A stretch of 63,058 nt of DNA, the filler included, from Bonamia ostreae (lineage: Eukaryota): the NCBI GenBank assembly GCA_040357525.1. It is 55 parts of 55 records of this genome, joined end to end, with 100 filler letters (N's around TTAATTAATTAA, not from the genome) between each part and the next. Parts side by side here need not be neighbours in the genome. Positions count along the whole stretch, not along the records: positions 54,015 to 55,058 come from JBDODL010002907.1; positions 55,159 to 56,201 come from JBDODL010002908.1; positions 56,302 to 57,344 come from JBDODL010002909.1; positions 57,445 to 58,487 come from JBDODL010002910.1; positions 58,588 to 59,630 come from JBDODL010002911.1; positions 59,731 to 60,773 come from JBDODL010002912.1; positions 60,874 to 61,916 come from JBDODL010002913.1; positions 62,017 to 63,058 come from JBDODL010002914.1; 47 more parts are not named here. One strand, written 5' to 3'. Numbering within the stretch: the first letter of the stretch is position 1; each line of letters opens with the position of its first letter. Positions 54,268-63,058 of this stretch are shown here, piece after piece. The position numbers and the translations under genes were made by a program. The notes below the pieces were generated by a model. It was not told the origin of the DNA. It made no database searches and saw nothing but the letters and a program-made list of their open reading frames with translations.

Positions 54268-55058
54268 ATGCTGGAACATTTGAAAACGAACGGACGTTTG
54301 TCCACTAAACGCCTCGAAAGTCTCAAAACAGTCAACGAAGATTACAACAAATCGTTCATTCTGATTTCTTCGTTTTGTATTTACAAAAATAACAAGAATG
54401 GCAGAATCGCTGGGATCGTCAATGGACATGAGCGAATTCGCGCTCAAATCTGCCGAAACTTGCGATGAAATTTTAATGCAATTGTGGAAAGAAATTACTG
54501 GCGACGTCAAAGAAAACCTCTTCGAAGACGAAGAAACGAGAGCTTTTTACGAAGATTTTGCCAATCTGGAAATGTACGTCAAAAGAATCGACAAAAAAGA
54601 AACGGAGAAAAGCGAAGAGAAAATGGCGGAAGAAAAGTTAAAATTGGAAGCGCTGAGAAAACATTTGGGCATTTACGACCAAACTGAAGAACCTCCGAAA
54701 GAAAAGCTTAGCGGAATTTCTTTGTTATTGAGCGATCTTGGAAATGGTCTTTAACGATTAGAAACTTTAAAATAAAAGTAATTAGAAAATGGAAAGCTAA
54801 AATTTAATAAAAGCGAACAACAAGGCGAAGATAGATTCAATAGCGGAGAGATTTTGCGCGTTAAATAATTTGGACGCGCAAATTCAATTGATGGGAAAAA
54901 TTTTAAAAGTGAGAAAAGACAAATTGGGACAGATTTTGTTTTATTGCAGATTGATTGCGACGCTTTCCAAGTTTTTCAAAGATTTTGAGAAGCGAATTGT
55001 CGAAGTTCTCGAAAAGCAATTTTACGGAATGTTCTTTGCAAAAGATAAAGTTTTTTCG
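54268..55058 (+). CDS. UPF2: Nonsense-mediated decay factor UPF2, internal fragment; introns 54372-54396 and 54747-54813
   Basis: LFEDEETRAFYEDF..L matches the UPF2 EDE..R.FYE motif; MIF4G-2 IDSIAERFCALN...FYCRLIATL. Confidence 0.85.
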
Positions 55059-55789
55059 NNNNNNNNNNNNNNNNNNNNNNNNNNNNNNNNNNNNNNNNNN
55101 NNTTAATTAATTAANNNNNNNNNNNNNNNNNNNNNNNNNNNNNNNNNNNNNNNNNNNNGTGTGTCGAGAGGCCAATGTTTTCTCTACTCATGTTGTATTC
55201 TTTATGGTAATTATGCTACTCGTTATTTTCAGTTTTTCATACAAGAACAACTTTTCTAGCATAAGACGGCGAAATTTCCGATTTGAAAAAACAAAAGAAA
55301 ATAACAATGTCTACAGTATTTATTTATTAATTAACCTTTCATGATAATCCGCCTTCCAATTTATCGTACTTCAATTTTACTCCGGAAACCACGCACGTCC
55401 TTGTATCAGGTCCCGTGTATCATTTGTGCATTGACAACAAACATCCTTAGCGACAGTACTTTCATTAAAGAGAAAGAGTTTTTAAAAGTTGTAATGGTGT
55501 TCTACCCCAAAGTTGTAATGGCGTTCTACCCCTCCCCCATAATTTTGCAAAATATCTAAACGGCAACATCTGCTCACTTGAGTGGCGACTCTATAATGTG
55601 ATCATTGCTTTTTACTTGTATATAAGGATAATTATTTAGTTTTTGCATGTGTGTATTTAAAGAAACGCTGACTTTTGTTATCAAGGTAAAAGTTTAAATC
55701 AGCATATATTCAAATTATCCATGCATATTTGATGTCCCTCTTATTGATAGTGGAGGTTCCATTTGAAAAATTTGAATTGAATTAATGTG

Positions 55790-56030
55790 AACCTTATTGT
55801 CTGTTTTCGTAGGGTAAAACTTTATCAAATGAGACATCGGCAATTATTGGTTTTTGGTATGGATGATGTCCATGGTTACATTTCCGCCTTTGTGTATTGC
55901 CAAAAAGGATCAGCAAACCAACGCTATTTTTATGTGTACTAATCAGATTTCCCATACATATGTTGTAGTTGCATCCATATGGAAATGCAGTGTCTAGTGC
56001 CTTGATCCAGCAATCTCGTTTTCTACTAAA
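55790..56030 (-). mobile_element. Decayed Penelope-like element (region following the GIY-YIG domain) (host)
   Basis: RKRDCWIKALDTAFPYGCNYNI..GNL resembles the WI..L.T..PYG.N tail of PLE endonucleases. Confidence 0.55.
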
Positions 56031-56301
56031 CAATAGTACGTCAAACTGAACTGTCAACGTGATGATTAATCTTCTCTAGAATTCTGACAGTCATGGAATG
56101 GTTTTGGCAAGTGAAATGTTTATAAAGAGGATGATACCTTCAATAAATTAATTTAGACGCTACTATACACAAAGCATAATTGTGCTTGTCGTAAGAGGCG
56201 ANNNNNNNNNNNNNNNNNNNNNNNNNNNNNNNNNNNNNNNNNNNNTTAATTAATTAANNNNNNNNNNNNNNNNNNNNNNNNNNNNNNNNNNNNNNNNNNN
56301 N

Positions 56302-57309
56302 AATCCGAAGAATAGAAAAGCTGTTAAAGATGGTGATAATGTTTAACAACAAAATAACATAATAGATTAAAAACGATCATACCGCAGCAAATTTCTCTTC
56401 CGGAAGACAAAACGACTTTATCTTTTTCGACCTTTCGGACGAACGTCTCATAATGGATCTTTTGTGATGTTTTTAAACTTTGATGTTTCTTTTGTTTATT
56501 TCTTTTATCGTGTGTTCCTTCAGATGTTCCTTGAACATTGGCAAAATCGTTTTAGCCGCTTCGATCTTAATTATTACAATATCGTAAAATAAAAAATGCA
56601 ACTCCAAAAAATTTTTTGACAAAATTGTTAAAACAATGTGGATATTGAGGTACTTTTCGAACCCGGGGAAAAGTCTGTGCGCATCTCGCTTTACAAAATC
56701 ATATAATTCCGCAGCGAACTCGATGTTCGCTGGGCCTGCGCCGACAATGACGATCGTCAGCAATTTTCTTTTCGTGTCGTCGTCAAGGTTCGGAATGCCT
56801 TTTGTGACGAAAATAACATGCCATTTCAAAAATTTCGCTCAAGCGATTTCTTATTCTGCGCGCGTCGGACAGTTGTTTAAGGAAATAACTGTTTTCTTTG
56901 GCTCCGTCGATATTGAACGTGTTCGCTTCCGCGCCGCAAGCGATGACCAAATCGTCAAACTTTACGGATATTTTGGTGTCGGGGACGTTTTTGTTGGCGC
57001 ATTCGATCGTCCGCGAATCCGCGTCTACAGACTTGCAGGAAGCTTGTATATATTTGATGTTTTTAATGCGCCGCGCGGATTCGATTATATTTCGGAACTC
57101 CAAAGTGCCCACTGTAGTCGTAGACAACAAAGGAGTGAACAGAAAATGGTTCCTCGGTGAGACCATCGTCACTTCGCAAATCTTCTTGTTTAGTCTTCTG
57201 GCCAAACTGTAACTAAAAATGAGGTCTAAAACCCGGCCCATCCGCTGCCTAAAATGACCACCTTGCGGCGACCGGAAGGTAATCCAGATGAAAATAGGGC
57301 ATCAAACAT
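56302..57309 (-). CDS. Type II (alternative) NADH:quinone oxidoreductase, 3' partial; introns 57213-57232, 56799-56817, 56566-56634 and 56459-56478
   Basis: KVVILGSGWAG^YSL, VSPRNHFLFTPLLSTTTVGTLEFRNIIE, FDDLVIACGAEANTFNIDG, FLKQLSDARRIR and IVIVGAGPANIEFAAEL. Confidence 0.95.
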
Positions 57310-57444
57310 ACTAAATTTAGTGTTTTTGTTTTGCAGCTTTGATANNNNNNNNNNNNNNNNNNNNNNNNNNNNNNNNNNNNNNNNNNNNTTAATTAATTAA
57401 NNNNNNNNNNNNNNNNNNNNNNNNNNNNNNNNNNNNNNNNNNNN

Positions 57445-57680
57445 AATTTAAATCGAAAATTCGAAAATAAAATTTGAAAAAAAATAAAATAATTTCAAAA
57501 TCGAAAATAAAATTGAATAAAATAACAATTTCAAATCAAAAATTCGAAAATAAAATTTGAAAAAAATAATTTCAAATTCGAAAATAAAATTGAAAAAAAA
57601 CAATTTAAATCGAAAATTCGAAAATAAAATTTGAAAAAAAATAATTTCAAAATCGAAAATAAAATTGAAAAAAATTAAAA
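57445..57680. repeat. A-rich minisatellite
   Basis: Repeated aaattcgaaaataaaatttgaaaaaaa units. Confidence 0.85.
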
Positions 57681-57760
57681 TTTCCAATTTCCTAAATAAA
57701 GAAAATCAAACATCTCAAACAACCAAAAAATGGCCAAAAATTCTAATTCTCGTCTACAAA

Positions 57761-58487
57761 ATGAGCCAAAAACATCAAATCGATTCTTTAAACTTCATTT
57801 TGTCTCGTTTAATCAAAACGACTTCGGAAATAATTCTTCAAAACAAAAACTTGCCGCCTTCCGAACTTCCCAACGAAGGCTTCTTCCTTAAAATGCTCGA
57901 AAATTTTCTTTATCACAAGAGCCACGATTGTGTAGCTGTAACAATGAACTGTTTGATGCAACAGTTCATCCAGAACAAAGAGATAAATCAAGCGCATTGG
58001 CTCAGAACAGCCACAAAATTTCCGTTCGACGAAAACGTCGAACAAAATTCGATCATTTTACATCGCTTTTTAAATGCCAAAATCGATGCGCTTCTCGGCG
58101 ATTATAAAAGCGCCCTTAAAAGTATCAATATAGCCATTTCAAAAAGTCCGAAATTAAATTTTACGAAAGTCGGAGAAAATTTGGAAGACAAATTGGACGA
58201 AAGCTTTAAAACTAAAAATCAACCAAATTTGGGGAAAGCGATAAATCGATCAAAATCTGACGGAATGAAGCCGTCATCAAGAAATATTGACGAATTGATA
58301 GAAAAGCTTTTGAAACTGAGATCGATTCTAAAGTTTCTGAACGGAGATTTTAGCCAAAATTTGTTTGAAGGATATTTCGATAAAAACGATTTGGGAAAAT
58401 TTAGAGCTTATTCGGACCTTCTAAATGTCGTAAAATCTGGAAATTCTGAGGAATTTGAGATTGTTCTGGAGGCGAATAAGGATGTCT
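57761..58487 (+). CDS. RPN3: Divergent 26S proteasome lid subunit Rpn3/PSMD3-like PCI protein, partial
   Basis: AVTMNCLMQQFI...QA....TKFP....NS....RFLNAKIDALLGDYKSA...IAISKSP and AYSDLLNVVKSGNSEEFE align by eye with Rpn3. Confidence 0.65.
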
Positions 58488-58760
58488 NNNNNNNNNNNNN
58501 NNNNNNNNNNNNNNNNNNNNNNNNNNNNNNNTTAATTAATTAANNNNNNNNNNNNNNNNNNNNNNNNNNNNNNNNNNNNNNNNNNNNTTTATGACGAAAA
58601 TTTGTCGACTTTTTTTTATCAAAATTCGATCAATTTTTATGACGAAAATTTGTCGACTTTTTTTTATCAAAATTTGGTTAATTTTAATGACGAAATTTTG
58701 TCGAATTTTTGTCAAAATTCGATCAGAATGATAACAATTTAATATTGAAACCGTTTAAAG

Positions 58761-59379
58761 ATAATCGCTTTAATGATGGATATTATAAAATTGGCATTGA
58801 AACCGCTAAAAATTATTTACAAAAAATATTTGAAAATCGATTCGTTTTTCAAATATTGCATTTGCGTTTTTCGAGATCTATTTCGAGGCCGCAGAAGAAA
58901 TGTTTTGAGTGGTCGTTTTGATTATCTTCCACATCAAATTGATCAATTCATTGTTTTATATTCAACTTTTATCAATTTTTTCGTTAATTCGATAAAACTA
59001 AATTTGAAATTTTATAAATTTGGTCAATTTTAATAAATAGCTCGGAACAGTATTTTTATCATTGACGATATTTATATATCCTACAATATTCATATACAAA
59101 CTAATACTTGGATTTTTATATTTATTCAGTCTGTCGATAAATGTGTCAATGTTATTTTTACATAACATTTTATTGAAAATCGACATGTTCGCCGTTATTG
59201 CCACTATTTTTAACAAAAATTGGGATTTCGAAGATTGCAGCAATTTCTTTCTCACCTTCGACTTCGAAGAAAACTACCGAAATTCTAAAGTTTATCATTT
59301 GGAACTTCGAAGGTCAATCGATTATTTTAAAATTCTGAAATATTTGTTGCCATCGAAAAGTGATTTTACGAATTTGTGA
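58761..59379 (+). CDS. PIGQ: GPI-GlcNAc transferase subunit Q (PIG-Q/GPI1) C-terminus; intron 58953-59040
   Basis: LFRGRRRNVLSGRFD....IDQFI^LGTVFLSLTIFIYPT matches the GPI1 motif LFRGKK.NVLR.R.D....DQL..GT......FL.PT. Confidence 0.85.
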
Positions 59380-59810
59380 TTAAATATTATAAAAATACAA
59401 GAGCCGGTTTCGAAATATTTTATTAGAAATTATCAGTTTTTAAATATTAAAATCAAATTAATTTATTATCTGCGATTAGCTTGTAGACCAATTCATATTT
59501 TGATGAGGCAATTCGTGATATATAAAAAACTATTTTCAGCCAAAAATATTTTAATGAAATACAGAAAATTAGCCACCTTAAATAATGGCTCAAATCTATA
59601 TTTCCTTGGAACAAAGTTGATCTGGAATAGNNNNNNNNNNNNNNNNNNNNNNNNNNNNNNNNNNNNNNNNNNNNTTAATTAATTAANNNNNNNNNNNNNN
59701 NNNNNNNNNNNNNNNNNNNNNNNNNNNNNNATTATGAAATATTAAAGATTTTCATATTATGAATCTTGTCCACTATGTTCAGGGTTAATTGTATTTAGTT
59801 GTCTTCTAGT

Positions 59811-60773
59811 TTATGATTTATTTAATTCTTTGTATGCCTTATCGATTTCGCATTTATTTTCCTCTGTAAGGTAATTTCCACCTGTTTTTACAAAAAATGA
59901 AATGACATATGGGCCCACTAAGAAAAGTATGATTTCAAGTGGTTCTTGCACATTTCCTCCTGATGTTGACCTGCCACTCATTAGCAGTGTCTCAATGATA
60001 ATATATACGTAAATAGATACAACAACACTTTTAAACAAAAAATAAAAGAATTGTTTCTTTACAAAGAGTAACTTTCCAAAGATGAAAGTAAACAGTTCTT
60101 CATCGATAAATTTACATTCGTCTTTACTTGTATTATCTTCTTTCTGTTGACGTTCGCATTTACTCGCATCATTACTTTTACTTTTATTATCATCTTTCTG
60201 AACTGTAAATATGTACAACAGAATTTCTGAATACATGCTGACAAGTTCAGCATAGTATCTACAGATATAAAAAAGAGATGTCATTATAAGTACAAGATAT
60301 CTATATAAATGAATACGAAGCGACAATGCGATAAATAATATGTATGTTAGTGATCTGAAGACAAACGTAAAGGTCGTGATTACAGGACGTAGAAAGAAAA
60401 AATAAACAGAAATTCCGATGATTTCGAATATGGCGAGGTATATGAATTGACAACATGATATACATTTTGTACTACGATCGTTACCTGATTTACAATTATT
60501 ACAGCATGATTTACAAGCATCACATAATTTACAATCATCACAAGAACTGTATGTTGCTATTTCATACATGGATAATACAATGAGGTCAATTATAGGGAAA
60601 ATACACACAATACAATGCCATGGTATGCGAATAAGGGGACATAAAAACTGTTCAATACATTTACATGGTGACAACTTTGATTTTTTTATCATCACTTCTC
60701 TGTTCAATTGAAAACTTTGACGCTTGTTTTCTGTCCCGTTTATTATCTGATTTATGGGTTATTCTACACGAAC
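59811..60773 (-). CDS. Uncharacterised multi-pass membrane protein C-terminus, single long exon (probably host)
   Basis: 298-aa ORF with several hydrophobic helices and a Cys-rich loop. Confidence 0.6.
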
Positions 60774-60873
60774 NNNNNNNNNNNNNNNNNNNNNNNNNNN
60801 NNNNNNNNNNNNNNNNNTTAATTAATTAANNNNNNNNNNNNNNNNNNNNNNNNNNNNNNNNNNNNNNNNNNNN

Positions 60874-61395
60874 CCCCTTTGTATAATCGTCCAGGGAAGC
60901 ATTAGAGCTAATTGCATTTAGTAGAGTATCTTTTATTTGAGCCGTTATTTGCTCACCTTTCCCCAAGCGGTCAATATATGATCCTTTGATAACTTTTCCT
61001 TTCCTAAATCCGATATATGACTCAAGAAAGTTAGTTGATTTGATCACTCTATCAACCTTTGAGGCCTTGATACCTATTTTTTTGTAGTATGGTGCGGATA
61101 TTGTAGGAATATCCAGGAGAGTATTAGCGAAGTCTTTTAACATGCCTCGCTGAAAAACATTTCTGAAAGCATTAAACACTGTGTCAACCTGTGCGGTTCT
61201 TGCATAGTTCTTTACAGTCGTTTTCAACAATCCACTAGCATCAAAATCCAAATCTTTCAATAACTCAGAAAGAATCTGATTCAATAGCTTTTCTTGCAAT
61301 CCGGCAACACGTTTACCCATTTTCTTTTCTGCATTTTCCAAGAATGCAATTTTCTTTTTAATTAGATCGAGCGGTGTTCTTGCCTTTTTTGCCAT
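60874..61395 (-). CDS. Phage-like protein, possibly a minor head/morphogenesis protein N-terminus, 3' partial
   Basis: Intronless helical ORF starting 11 bp after the upstream stop; family assignment is only a resemblance. Confidence 0.55.
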
Positions 61396-61406
61396 TACTT
61401 AGATTT

Positions 61407-61625
61407 TTAGATTGTCCATGGATACTTACCATCTTTTTTACGAGAAGTAAGATCGTTCAAAGAGTTTAGTTCTTTCTCTTTTTCTTCTTTTAGTTCTGAT
61501 AGCTTTTCATCTGCCATCTTCTTTCGATCTGGATCTTTGTCGTTGGCAATCTCATTAGCTCTCATGAGAGTATAAGCATCGCTTTCGGCTCTCCACTTTT
61601 TTTCTTCGTTTGTTAATTTCGCCAT
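61407..61625 (-). CDS. Small phage-like protein with a WRAESDA.TL..A.EI..D motif
   Basis: MAKLTNEEKKWRAESDAYTLMRANEIANDKDPDRKKMA...; motif resembles small hypothetical phage proteins. Confidence 0.6.
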   Translation of the reverse strand: MAKLTNEEKKWRAESDAYTLMRANEIANDKDPDRKKMADEKLSELKEEKEKELNSLNDLTSRKKDGKYPWTI

Positions 61626-61780
61626 TTGATTAATTTTTGAATTAATATCACAAACATATGAAATCATCAAGATTTAAACAAATTCAAAAGAGAGGGATTC
61701 GAGCTGATCTATCAGCTTGATATTTTCTTCTTATTTCTTCTTTTATTTTGATTTATTTTAAGTTTATTTTATTTGTAGCC

Positions 61781-61863
61781 ATTAAGATGCGTCTAAGTTT
61801 CTTAATCTCAAATTAAGATATCTTAAAATCGAATTAAGATATCTTAATCACAAATTAAGATGC
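61781..61863. repeat. 21-bp-periodic array of TTAAGATATCTTAA palindromes
   Basis: Perfect 14-bp palindromes at 61813 and 61834; partial sites at 61792 and 61855; extra half-site at 61782. Confidence 0.85.
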
Positions 61864-63058
61864 AAAATGAAAATTAGTTGCTCATGTTCGATAAATTTTA
61901 AAACAGTGTAAAAAGGNNNNNNNNNNNNNNNNNNNNNNNNNNNNNNNNNNNNNNNNNNNNTTAATTAATTAANNNNNNNNNNNNNNNNNNNNNNNNNNNN
62001 NNNNNNNNNNNNNNNNCAAATCTCTCCCTTTACCCTTTACTCAAAACGTCCTGAGAATAGCTGCCCACAAATATTGGAGTGTCACATCATATATGAATTT
62101 CTTTGAGATAAATAATTTTTGAAACAAACACTACGACCTTTCATCGTTGTAAAAGAACGTTCAATTTTAAACACGTTATATTTCATATCAACAAGGGGTA
62201 TACTCCTTTTAGGCACCTGACCCCACTAGTGTTTTCAGCTACCCGTGTTTGTCACACTCACAGTATTGTATTCATTAGCGTTCTGAGATTGATATATGGT
62301 TGCTATCTTTATTTTTTTCATTAAAGCAAAGGTTTGCATTATCAAAGTTAAAATATATTTCTGTACAATTGACACTCATTTTATATTGGTTCAAGTTACC
62401 TATCCCAAACCTGTTGTATTTGACAACCTTGATGCACAAATATTTGAAATCGTTAAGATCCCGTTTTCAATTCTAACTAATTCTCCTATGGTTGTCACTT
62501 GGTATATCCTTTTCATGAAGTTTAGTATATCAAGTTTTACTCTAAATAATTATATTTCTTTGCTAAGATACTCAATACTCTAAATGTCTTGAGGAATTTC
62601 TTTTTAGCCGTGACATGCCCCGCAATTGGATATGTTGTATCGTAACTCTATGAATTCATAACTGAATGTTATTATTTGTTTCTCTAATCGTATTGACGTT
62701 GTATAACGTTTTCATGCTGGCAATTAAATGATACGGCTATTGTCTAAGAGAACAAACCGGACACAGTAAGGGATAATAGATAATTCAACTCCCCCGACCT
62801 GTTGTCTATTGAATACTCCTCAATATTGGAATTTTGTGTAGAAGAGCAATGGAGGGGTCTGAGATAAAACAATCAGCGACATTAAGACATGGGCTGAAAA
62901 TAATGGGGTTATTACAAACTGGATAGAATACAATTCCAGATCCCCAACTTTGGGTTTTCACCAACTGAATTTTTCGTAAGGTAATGATCGTCCTGATATA
63001 TTAAAGATTTTAAACGAATGATTGAATAGGGAACCTAAATATTTAACATAGTACAATG

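Noticed and set aside
299-59379. Stop-codon reassignment in the compact eukaryote
   Set aside because: Internal stops in the conserved genes are explained by GT-AG introns, and genes end in TAA, TGA or TAG at the expected positions
1056-62016. Regularly spaced identical TTAATTAATTAA motif resembling a CRISPR or giant tandem repeat
   Set aside because: It is embedded in fixed N-runs and is an artificial scaffolding linker; ORFs ending ...XXXLIN are artefacts of it

Overview
This window is not a contiguous locus. It is a pseudo-scaffold of about 55 unplaced contigs, sorted by decreasing length (1055 to 1042 bp) and joined by an artificial 100-nt linker, N44-TTAATTAATTAA-N44, which has stops in all six frames. 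Nothing should be inferred across the linkers. At least three genomes are mixed. (1) A gene-poor metazoan host, most likely a bivalve or oyster: a C1q-domain exon, ShKT and TSP1 exons, Nin-type and tRNA-derived SINEs, and decayed Gypsy and Penelope-like elements. (2) A very compact eukaryotic microbe using the standard genetic code, inferred to be a parasite such as an ascetosporean/haplosporidian (not provable here). I could hand-splice its genes: SMG1, a chromodomain protein, a secreted CCP/sushi-like protein, CENATAC/CCDC84, an AGC kinase, PIG-L, a Kelch protein, CPSF1, an ALO/GULO-like oxidase, a MORN protein, UTP11, MMTAG2, CCDC12, UPF2, type II NADH dehydrogenase, RPN3 and PIG-Q. (3) Two phage-like contigs. 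The strongest signal is the microbe's splicing system. Of 24 hand-reconstructed introns, 15 are only 19-26 nt, 17 begin GTTT and 13 end in AAG, often after an A-run rather than a polypyrimidine tract. The same genome apparently retains NMD factors (SMG1, UPF2) and a minor-spliceosome marker (CENATAC). All gene calls come from manual motif recognition; no searches were run.
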